A DNA stretch of 63,952 bases, filler included, from Octopus bimaculoides (Eukaryota): NCBI RefSeq assembly GCF_001194135.2. It is 6 parts of 6 records of this genome, joined end to end, with 100 filler letters (N's around TTAATTAATTAA, not from the genome) between each part and the next. Parts side by side here need not be neighbours in the genome. Positions count along the whole stretch, not along the records: positions 47,438 to 54,439 come from NC_068990.1; positions 54,540 to 61,511 come from NC_068988.1; positions 61,612 to 63,952 come from NW_026348864.1; 3 more parts are not named here. One strand, 5' to 3'. Every line of letters starts with the position of its first letter. Position 1 is the stretch's first letter. Shown here piece after piece: positions 53,659-63,952 of the stretch. A program made the position numbers and the translations under genes. The notes beneath the pieces are model-generated. The model did no database searches. It was not told the origin of the DNA and was given only the letters and a program-made list of their open reading frames with translations.

Positions 53659-54296
53659 CGTATATACATAGATAGACATATATATATATATATAAATATA
53701 TCTATACATACATCAACAATTACAGGTCATTATTCATCAAAGTACATATTTTTGAAATTTAATTAATAAGTTAATTACTTAATTAAGACGCTCGTTAAAT
53801 AATACAAGTAAATGATCAAAGAAATTAATAAATTCTGATATTTAAATTCAATTAAAAATTTGTAACACTGGCAAATTTTGAAGGCGGAACACTCAATTAA
53901 ATTGCCCTTAGAACTCAATTCGCATTTATTGTACTGAACATTAAACGATGAAACAAAAGCTACATCTTCATCGGTCAGATTTGAATAAGAATGTAAAGGG
54001 AAGTAAGTCAGTACATTGAATATTATTGTCCGATGCTCGTCTAATCCACTCCTTGTTTCACTTGTTGTCTTTTACCATTCATAAGATGAAATAGTCCTAT
54101 GATCAAAGACGATCCAGCTACGACTGGTTATCTTCATTTTTTTTTTTTATTGACAGAGATAGAAAGAATATCACATTGCTCTATATGTCTATCTGCCTGT
54201 CTGTCTGTCTGTACGTTACTCTTTCTGTAAGTATGTACGCACATACATATGTATGTGTACATGTATGTATGCATGTATATATTGATAGGTAGATAA

Positions 54297-54345
<49 letters not shown>

Positions 54346-54439
54346 TGGTTACGATATAGATATCATATTCTGACAACAAATCTTTTGTTCGGCAAATCAA
54401 TAGGTCCTATGAAATCCGCATTGAGATTTCTTCGAATTT

Positions 54440-54539
54440 NNNNNNNNNNNNNNNNNNNNNNNNNNNNNNNNNNNNNNNNNNNNTTAATTAATTAANNNNN
54501 NNNNNNNNNNNNNNNNNNNNNNNNNNNNNNNNNNNNNNN
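54440..54539. other. Artificial scaffold linker
   Basis: Same structure. Confidence 0.9.
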
Positions 54540-54596
<57 letters not shown>

Positions 54597-54949
54597 TATA
54601 CACACAACAGAATAGACTGTTGGAAAAGAAAAATTCATAACATCGGGTTACAAGTTAGTGACCTTAGAGCGAAGAACCCTACTAAGTATCCTAACTGCCC
54701 CTAATAACATTGTTTTATGGAGCTGTACTAAACTGTTTTTTCTTTCCTCTAACCATCTGTTGAAATAGTTGGGGATATTTCTTAATGCATCTATAACTAC
54801 TGGGATACATTTCACCCGCACTTTTCATAGTCCCTGTAATTTAATGTCTCGGTCCAGGGACTTTGTTATTTTTCTATACTCCTTATATTGATTTGTTTCA
54901 ATATTTGGGACTGTAAAGTCAATTATCTGGTACTTTCTTTTCTCTTTAT

Positions 54950-55032
<83 letters not shown>

Positions 55033-55066
55033 TCTTCTTCTACTACTAATACTACTACTGCTGCTG

Positions 55067-55126
<60 letters not shown>

Positions 55127-57880
55127 AGTCAGTCTGAATGTTAATGTCCTACATCTTATATTTCTTACTTCCTAGTACGTTACTAGGTTTATGTTCATAC
55201 CATTTCCCTCTATAGTCAAATCCTAACTTTCTACATATCTCCCAGTGGATTGCTTTCCCTAGATTGTCATGTCTTTTCTTGTATTCTTCCTGAGTCAGCA
55301 TGTTATATTCACTTACTATATGATTAAAGCTTTCCTCTTTTGATTTGCATAATCTACATTGGGAATTTACTTAGTTTTTGTTTGTTTTAGCTTTAACCGA
55401 AATAGTCCTTAATGCTTGATCTTATGCTGCTACCAAGAAACTTTCTGTCTCCCTTTTCAGCCTTCCTTTCTGCAACCATAACCATATCTCACTACAACTA
55501 TTTGTTGTAACTATCTTTGTGTAGCTGCCATGGAAAGCCCTCTCTTGCCAGTCAGATAACCTTTGTTTTGTTTCTGGTTTTTAAACTATTTCTGGTCTTT
55601 CAGATATTGTCCAATCTACAAAAACTGTTGAATATCTGCGTAACGTTAATACCCAAATCACTTTATCGCCTTCATTAGATTCGGACCATTTAGCTTTGAT
55701 TTCATTAGCTTCATTAGTCTTCTGATGTACTCTTCAATTTTCGTTTTCATTTCTAAAGTTAGTACTTTGTCAGATCTAATAGTCCAAGATACTTATAAAT
55801 CTCTCCAACTTCACTGATTTTAATGCCTGGCCATCTGGTAATTTGATGCCTCCAATGTTGACTATCAGACTTCTTCTCATAACTAATATTTCACACTTAT
55901 CTATGCCAAATCCCATGCCTACATCTTCGCTGAAGCGTCAAATAGTATATGTTAAAGAATCTATCTCTTTTTCATTCTTACTAAAAAGATTCAGATCATC
56001 CATGTAGAGCAAATGGTTAATTTTTCTTTTACTATTTCTGAAATAGTCCCCTGCCTGTACCCTCTTTAATACTAAACTGAGGTGGATCAAACATAAGACA
56101 AACATTAAAGGGGATACCGAGTCTCCTTCGAAAATTCCTCTCTTGATATTAACCTTTCCTAAGACTGTGTCACCTGGGTAGGGATCTACGTTCAATTTCT
56201 TCACGCTAAAGCTAATTAATTCTATTATGTTGTCTGCGATACTGAATATATTCAAAATCTCACTTATCCATGTGTGTGGGACCATACCATAGGTCTTTGT
56301 TTTCATAATATATCAATGCTTTTGTTAGATTTTTCTTTCTACCGTTTACTCAATTTAGAACTGCTTTGTCTATGTATAAGAGATCATACGTTCCTCTAGC
56401 TCTCTTCCTGCAACGTTTCTGTTCTTCTGGCAGTAAATTCTGGTTGTCAAAGTGCTTGTAAATGCTTTTTGAAAGCATTCCTCTTAACAGCTTCCACACT
56501 AATGGTAAGCAAGTGATTGATCTATAATTACTAGCTGTATTACCCTTCCTCTTATCTTTCATTAGGGGTATTATTCTCCCTCTAATAATCGAATCTGGTA
56601 TTATTCCACCATTCAGGTACTCCTGAAGTTGTTCCCTCAGCCTACCATGTAAACTACTAAATGTGTTTAGTCAGTTCCCTCGAACTAAATCTGATCCTGG
56701 GCCCTAACAGTTTGGGATTTTTCCGAACACTTTACTCATCAATGCAGATCTGGATGCGTCTCACTCCCTACTTCTGTCCTCTCTTTCCTTAACCATACTG
56801 CATCTCCGTTATGATTGACTGACTTATCTCAAATATTGGTCCAGAACTTTCTAGCGTCTTCTGCATTAGGTATCTCATTTTCACTACTTTCTTCTCCCAT
56901 ATTTATTTAATTGTAAAACCTCCTCTAGTCTGTCTCATTCAATTTATTCTGTTGATACTGATCTATTCTTTTCTGATATCTGAGGAACTTACCTGCTATT
57001 GCTGGGATACGCCGTTTCAACTGTTCTGCGACTGTCCCAAATCTACTTACATGCTTCTTTCCTACTGAGAACTTTTAAATTCTTCACTTTATTTTGTAAT
57101 CTCCTTTTCCCCAAAAGCTCTTTTCTAATATTTCCTTGTAGAATATCCAGTCTTCTAGTAACTACTACTCCTATTGCATAGATCAATAAGTTAGTGCCTC
57201 CTATATTTTTAGTATCCATCCTGCTGAAACAGAATCAACTTTCCTAGTAATATCTAGCAGCATTCTTTTATTGGTACCTTTTAATGCTGCCAATCTCGTT
57301 CTTGCTTCTTTACTCTTTAATTCCTGAAACTCATCTAAAATCTTCTGATCTTCCCCACTTAAATCAATTAAATCGCTGGTGCCAGTTGTCCATTTCTTAC
57401 TGGTAGTGCTATTTATTTTCTCGTTTAGGTTCTTCCTTGGTTTTAGCTATATCTCTTATGTTGTTGTTTGTATTTCCTACTGCCTGGAATTTACCATTTC
57501 TCTGTGATCTCTTCCACCTCCAATTTTGTCATCCTCTCTCTTCTCTTAATAGTATATCCTTCGCTGCCCAAAGTGTTAGCATCCATTTTCTATAGAGCTT
57601 TCTTTTAGGTTCACTATTTATGTAGCACTGCATCACTATACTGTTTTCTTGGCTGGTTCACTTCCTCCTTACATATTATCTGCTGATGCTGTATTAAGAT
57701 AACAGCTGTGGTCAGTCGGAATCTTTACAGCTGAGCGAGAGGCCTTCTCTTAAACGCCCAACCACAATTTCGCTGTTACAATCAGAGTTTCGTGGCAAAA
57801 TCCTGTCTCATAAACTGATCCTTTCAAGTAACTTTTTATTGTATCGCTTGCTGCACTATTTTGCTGGTGAGACGTCTGTT
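54597..57880 (-). mobile_element. Near full-length, inactivated R4/Dong-like LINE
   Basis: N-terminal ENSIVMQCY..SEP, then NYRSITCLPLVWKLL, YGMVPHTWI, RGIFEGDSVSPLMF, INHLLYMDDLNLFSK, and RLE region QTD...DK..IIDFTVP. The 3' end abuts (TAA)n. Confidence 0.88.
54951..55127 (-). repeat. (GTA)n microsatellite inside the LINE endonuclease motif
   Basis: 177 nt of TAC triplets on the plus strand, with TTC/TGC/TAA variants. Confidence 0.95.
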
Positions 57881-57984
57881 TCCTTATTATAATTTTTATC
57901 ACAGGTTTTGTTGGAGCTCATCCCATCCCTCAAAACTGCTGCCCTTATGAAAAAATTTGAAACTATTATTATCATTATTATTAT

Positions 57985-58700
57985 TTATCTTTACTCCATC
58001 TTTTGTTGGAGCTCGTGGAGTCTTGCATGCATAACGGGCTTACTACCTGCAGCCTACGGTATCATTCTATCCGTTCTTTGTTGCTATCCAATACTTTCCT
58101 GATTGTTCTGGCGTGCGAAGGAGGCAAAACTTTTGTAAGAGTTCTACTGAAAACTCTATTCCAAATTTCTTGATATTCCTCTTGATGCCTTCTGATGCTG
58201 TTCCCAAGGACCCAGCAATTTCATTCTCCATTGCCGTGCTATTGCGTACTAACGAGGGCTGTATTACTCTATTTTTCCGCTTCTTTTTTCTTGATTATTC
58301 GTGGGTCAATGGGGTGTGCAACATCAACTATATAACATATGTGGAGCATCTTGTCGACAACATCTAGGTTCGGTCTGTTAAGCTCTAGCTCCTCATTTGC
58401 TTGGAATACGTAATCCCAGAGGATTTTTCTAGTCTCCGACTCCGCCACTCTCTGCCGTTTGTGCCCATACCACGTTTTGACTCTCTCTATCCCACACTTT
58501 CTGCACAGCTTCCAATGTAGCACATTTGCTGCCTGATCATGTCGCCACAACATGTAATAGTCTTGAGAAGGTAAAGGGCGTTTGTTCGTGATATGTGCGT
58601 TGGTTCCATCCACAGATGCAGAACAGCAAAGACATTTGCTCATTCCAAACGTTGACCCTCCAGTTCGTGGCCAAACCGTGGTCTTCCGCTGCCAGTGAAG
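57985..58700 (-). mobile_element. 5'-truncated R4/Dong-like LINE (zinc knuckle + RLE)
   Basis: CLCCSAS...HIT...RHDQAANVLHWKLC...KILWDYVFQANEELELNRPNLDVVDK...VDVAHPID; ends in (TAA)n. Confidence 0.85.
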
Positions 58701-59614
58701 TGCTCTATTATTAGTATTATTGAGTGAGAGTGTAGTGCATGCTATCAAAGTGACACTGGGATAAAATATACGAAGCCCTGTATACCCAGCAAGCTTACCC
58801 GTCTGATAAGGGGACACCAGGCACATACATAACAACCATACATGGTGATCGGATATCAAGCTAAAGAACGCATGACCTTGCTGATGGGACCCAGTTAGAA
58901 GTTTCTTCAGGTCGAGTAGTCCATTCAGGTCCCTGAATAATGGTTGTTTAAGGATGTAAAATGAAAGACCCATGTTTCCAGAGGTGAATTATTGAAACTC
59001 CAGAGTATTCCTCGCAGTACGTGGCTATGTTGTTCCCCCACTACTTCTGCTCGTGATCAGAGATGCACATATCGTCAGCCACCAAGGGACATGCTCAATT
59101 TAACCCAATAAGGATTTGCTGAATGTGAAAAAGCCACCGTGAAAAAAATGTTTCAATCCTTACAATCATTTTTTGTTACAATATTACCAGAATGTTGGAA
59201 ATTTAAAAAAGATGCTACCTGCTCCGTATAATATAAGTCTAATCCACAAGTTTCAAAGAATACGGAAAATTAGCGTTACGCTAAGGTTCTGGGTTATAAT
59301 TTCCACTCAATGAAATGTACTGAATGCCTCGACTGAACATATTATTTAGACGTTGATTTCTGTCTTGAAAAAAGTTTACAAAAGTCAGCCTAAGTACTTC
59401 ATTTCTACCATATTCTATTACTTTTTAAAGATAAAAGTAAAGTCTGCCTTGAAAACATGGCATAAAAATTCATTATATCACTAAGAAATTTGAAAGTAAC
59501 TTTAAAGATTCTGCTTGTGCAAAGCTAGCCTTACAATTTCTACATATTAATATCATTACAGAAAAATGTATTACGTATAATAGTAAGAAATATCGAAACT
59601 TTGTTTTTTTACAG

Positions 59615-59682
59615 GGAAATAAATTTTGGCGGTATTGGCACAATAATTGGTCACGAGATGATGCATGCATTTGACACTTCTG
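59615..59682 (+). CDS. Exon of M13 family (neprilysin/ECE-like) zinc metallopeptidase, catalytic motif (xEINFGGIGTIIGHEMMHAFDTSG)
   Basis: Polypyrimidine + CAG acceptor, GT donor, 68 nt, phase 2 in / phase 1 out. NFGGIG..IGHExxHAFD..G is the M13 signature. Confidence 0.85.
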
Positions 59683-60062
59683 GTTTGTTTTCTCTTTTTA
59701 CTTACTATTATTCGATAATTGCCCTCTAAATGCAACATACTGGGCATAAAGTTTAAAATTTTAAATTAGCATCGGTGTGTAGATACATAATTGATAAGAT
59801 AGGGTAAGACGTATTGTCAATCATGTTATAAAATCCATTTGGCATGTACTGCAATGTTTTTAACTACTGTGTGTATATACACATGTCCATTAATGTGCAT
59901 GTTGATGCGCAGTTGTGTGGTAAGTAGCTTGCTTCTCAAACATGGTTCTGGGTTCAGTCCCACTGCGTGGCACGTTGGGCAAGTCTCTTCTACTATAGCC
60001 TCGGGCCGACCAAAGCTTTGTGAGTGGATCTGGTAGGCTGAAACTGAAAGAAGCCCGTCGTA

Positions 60063-60180
<118 letters not shown>

Positions 60181-61042
60181 TGTGTATCTGTTTGTGTGCC
60201 TGTTTGTCCACCCAAATTCGCTTAACAACCGAAGCTGGTCTGTTTATGTCTCCGTAACCTAGTGGTTCGGCAAAAGACACCGGTAGAATAAGTACTAGGC
60301 TTACAAAGAATAAGTCCTGGGATTGATTTGCCTGACTAAAGGTGGTCTCCAGCATGGCCACAGTCAAATTACTGAAATAAGTAAAAGAATAAAAGAATAG
60401 TTTTCAGTAGGCCTACAAATGTTTCCATATATTAAAATATTCACCATGTCGTTGTAGATTAACCATTGTTGTCACTGTATTTCACAAGTAGGAAAGTGAA
60501 ATTTTATATACAATTCATGTAAAGAAACAATGCGAGAGACAAACACATACTTCATCCAGATCAGAGAGGAATTGTCAAATTTCATGTCACTGAATTGCTT
60601 AATTTTGTTAACTCATTTTAAAATAGCGTGTACATAAGAAAGACAGAAAACATATGTGTACGTATGTGTGTGTATGTGTGTGTATGGGTGTGTGTGTGCG
60701 CATGTGTGTTTGTGTGATTAAACGTGAACAATAAACTTTCTATAATAGGCCTAAGGCCTGAAACTTTTGAGGATGGTTTAGGCAAGTCGAAAACATCGAC
60801 CCTAGTGCTCCACTGGTACTTATGTTATCCATCCTAAAAGAATGAAAGATAAAGTCGACATCGGCGGCATTTGAGCTCAGAGCGTAATTCCAGATGAAAT
60901 GCCGCTAAGCATTTTGTCTGGCGTGAAGACAATTCTCTCAGTTCGTCGCCTTTGCGCGGGAAAGAATAATGCTCTCAAATTGTCACACAGGGCCAGCAAT
61001 TTTTTAAGGGGAAGGGCAAGTTCATATCACCGACTCCATTCC

Positions 61043-61073
<31 letters not shown>

Positions 61074-61373
61074 CATAATCCTTTTAATTATAGGCATAAG
61101 ACCTGAAATTTGAGGGAGGGGTCTAGTCGATTTCATCGCCCGCCAGTTTTCAGCTGGTATTTAATTTAATCAACCCGAAAGTATGAAAGGCAAATTCGAA
61201 ATTCGACCCCGGCAGAATTTGAACTCAGAACGTAGCAACAGGCGCAATGCTGCTACGCATTTCGTCCAGTGTGCTAACGATTCTGCCAGCTCACCGCCTT
61301 AATAATAATAATAATGATAATAATAATAATGATAATAATGATAATAATAATGATAATAATAATGATGATGATG

Positions 61374-61423
<50 letters not shown>

Positions 61424-61511
61424 TAATTCGTTTTATTGGCCACAAGGGCTAATATCAATTAAAAACATATAAGGACAAAGACAGGACGAAGGTTACAAAA
61501 AGTTTTGTCCG

Positions 61512-61611
61512 NNNNNNNNNNNNNNNNNNNNNNNNNNNNNNNNNNNNNNNNNNNNTTAATTAATTAANNNNNNNNNNNNNNNNNNNNNNNNNNNNNNNNN
61601 NNNNNNNNNNN
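61512..61611. other. Artificial scaffold linker
   Basis: Same structure. Confidence 0.9.
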
Positions 61612-62049
61612 GCATTTATTTTTCAATATGATTGATCACCTTTTGGCCGTCAGAAAATCGTACGACAGATCAGAATTAATCATTTCCCTTGGATTGTAAC
61701 ATTATCTGACGCTACTGAACCCAACCCATGACCTCCACTAACCATTAGCTGCTAGAAAACCGTAACTGTTTAGTTCATCACCGTAGTTTTTCAACATTCA
61801 CTTACAATGAATCTGAACAATGGTACACGTTCAAAGCAGCAAGTCGCTTGCGACAGACACATTTTACATACAGTTCTCTATCAGTATGAGTTTTATTTCT
61901 TTCCTGACGATGACCACAAATAACATAGCCTTCAGCTAGCTATTTGCAGTGAGTTCATCTCTCATATGAATATTATCATTATATTATCAGTTCCAACTAC
62001 AGGTTATGACCATGCTGGGGAACCCGAATTAGTTTTAATGTTTGTCTAT

Positions 62050-62620
62050 TTTAGACTCACTTCCCAGTCTTGTCTCCGGAATCGAACCAGGTAATATAGT
62101 GAGGTGAACAGAGCTACCATTCTTTGCATTTCTTTTAGTGATGTGGGTTCATCTAGTATATTGGATAAAAAATGGTCTAATCGTTCTTCGAACTCATCTA
62201 CATCTGCAGCACGTAGATCTCTAAGGCCTTTTGGCAACGTATTCAAAAGTTATGGGCCTTTGAACACTAAGCTGTTATAGTATTGGGTTCTTACTTTGGA
62301 TGGAGGTGGCAGGATCCTTGGTACTATACTGTGCCGTCCGGTCCGGTGATCAGTATAGCTTTCAATACCAAATTGTATACACATTCAATTTTTAAGTTAT
62401 ATGTTGTTGCTTTTTTGGTTCAGCCAATCCTGATACAAAAGAATTATGATAAAAGGTATTCTGGCTGTGACCCTCTCGTCTTTTAAGAGCATCCATAACC
62501 AGATAAGCCAACATGTTCTCTATTCTTTTGCATGAAGTTAGAGTGATTTGACTACAATTTCTCCCAGATATAGCGTCTACTTAGAGGATCCTTCGACGTA
62601 CGCTTATGCATATAAGTAAG
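62050..62620 (-). mobile_element. CR1/L2-clade LINE 3' fragment
   Basis: RTGRHSIVPRI...NSL..KGP..NTLPKGLRDL..ADVDEFEERLDHFLSNILDEP. Confidence 0.7.
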
Positions 62621-62987
62621 GTTTTAATATATAGTGGTTGTAATTCGTAGAAAAAAGATATAGTAAAATTCTGTGCGCATTTTCATAAAGTTGTCTTACA
62701 GCATTGAATATATGTCTGTATCTTCTTGATTGAATATATGGTGTTGCATGTACCAACACGTTAAATATTGTTGATATAAGTGTACATAAGCTCTCCTGCG
62801 CGTGTGATGGGGAGGGATGTCGTTTTTAGTGTTTATTTGTCTGTGTATGAGCGGAGGCTTGTGTACCAGTATATGTGCTCGTGTCTGTGGTTGTGTGGGC
62901 GTGTATACGTGTGGATATGTTTGTGTCGGTGTGTGTGCGTATATAGATAGGATTGACAAATAAACAGGCATACCTTTAGCTCACTAG

Positions 62988-63027
<40 letters not shown>

Positions 63028-63102
63028 TAGATAGATGGATGGATGGATGGATGGATGGATAGATAGATAGATAGATAGATAGGTTTCTTTATNNNNNNNN
63101 NN

Positions 63103-63152
<50 letters not shown>

Positions 63153-63952
63153 TTTTTTTACAGACAAATAATCGTATAGATTTGAGAGTGAATGCAATTA
63201 CATGTAATAGAATGTATCTGTCTATATACATGCTTATTAATAAAATAAAAACTGACTGAAATTACATTAATTCCTCAGTGACATACTTATTTTAGGTCTG
63301 CTAGTAGTATATTTTTTTTTATATTTCTTCGAAATTCACAATATTTCTCTCTGACTATATACATATTTTATATAGATTAAGCTGGGTTAGTAATAAGTTG
63401 GATTTAATGTTCGATATGATTAGATGTGGCAAGTACAATAGAGAAGATATTGTAATTCAAAAAGACAAATACAATGTGATGTTAAAAAATTATAGAATTA
63501 AAAATGCATTATGCGTGCACGCGTGTGTGTGTGTGTGTGTGTGTGTGTGTCTGTTAATATATAGAAGACAAATGTTTGCTCTCGAACTAAAGTATTTGTG
63601 AAGAAAAATAAAATAAATGAAAAATTAACCATATAACTTGTAGAGGCACTTCTATCAAAACAGTTATTAAAATGAAGAGATGTTTAAAGTTGTATATTGA
63701 CAATAATTGCTAATACGAACTTATAGGGAAAATTAAAACAAAACATCAGCATGCATAAGAAACAAAAACAATAAATATGTATTCAAGTAGCAGAGTAAGT
63801 ATTATTTTTGCTTCGTTTGACTAATCCGCAGTTAGGGGAATAACAACAACAACGACATGAAATATAAATTTCAAATGAACTACAAAATATATGATCTCTA
63901 TGTGAGTGAATATCTATCTGTATACACACACACACATACACACACACACACA

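Noticed and set aside
59107-59290. Open stretches just upstream of the M13 exon
   Set aside because: No M13 motifs (WMD, NAxY, PAGILQ) in any frame.
61806-61903. 98-nt minus-strand candidate exon (ERNKTHTDRELYVKCVCRKRLAALNVYHCSDS) with CAG and GTAAGT
   Set aside because: No family recognised and no partner exons found.

Overview
Eukaryotic, AT-rich, microsatellite-saturated draft genomic DNA. The repeat families look like octopus (coleoid cephalopod); this is an inference from repeat style. There are no prokaryotic features, CRISPR arrays, rRNA or true tRNA genes. Five identical artificial linkers (44 N + TTAATTAATTAA + 44 N) split the window into six pieces whose true adjacency is not guaranteed. 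Two host genes are partly visible. (1) On the minus strand, three confident exons and one tentative exon of a Hedgehog acyltransferase (HHAT/rasp, MBOAT family) lie at 31.4-45.3 kb, inside a CpG-depleted piece (23.3-47.3 kb). (2) On the plus strand, one 68-nt exon at 59615-59682 carries the HExxH zinc motif of an M13 (neprilysin/ECE) metallopeptidase. The rest is decayed mobile DNA: RTE, CR1/L2-like and R4/Dong-like LINEs, Penelope-like GIY-YIG remnants, DD37D (maT) and mariner-type transposons, and three tRNA-derived SINE families. Almost all ORFs in the supplied track are microsatellite or N-gap artefacts. The most notable unexplained structures are: an ~850-bp fold-back made from a transposase 3' end inside an HHAT intron; a cluster of elements nested in (TAA)n tracts; a dimeric SINE with a shared target-site duplication (TSD); a degenerate hammerhead-like fold; and an in-frame poly-Val microsatellite replacing a LINE endonuclease motif. 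I found no convincing novel multi-gene system.
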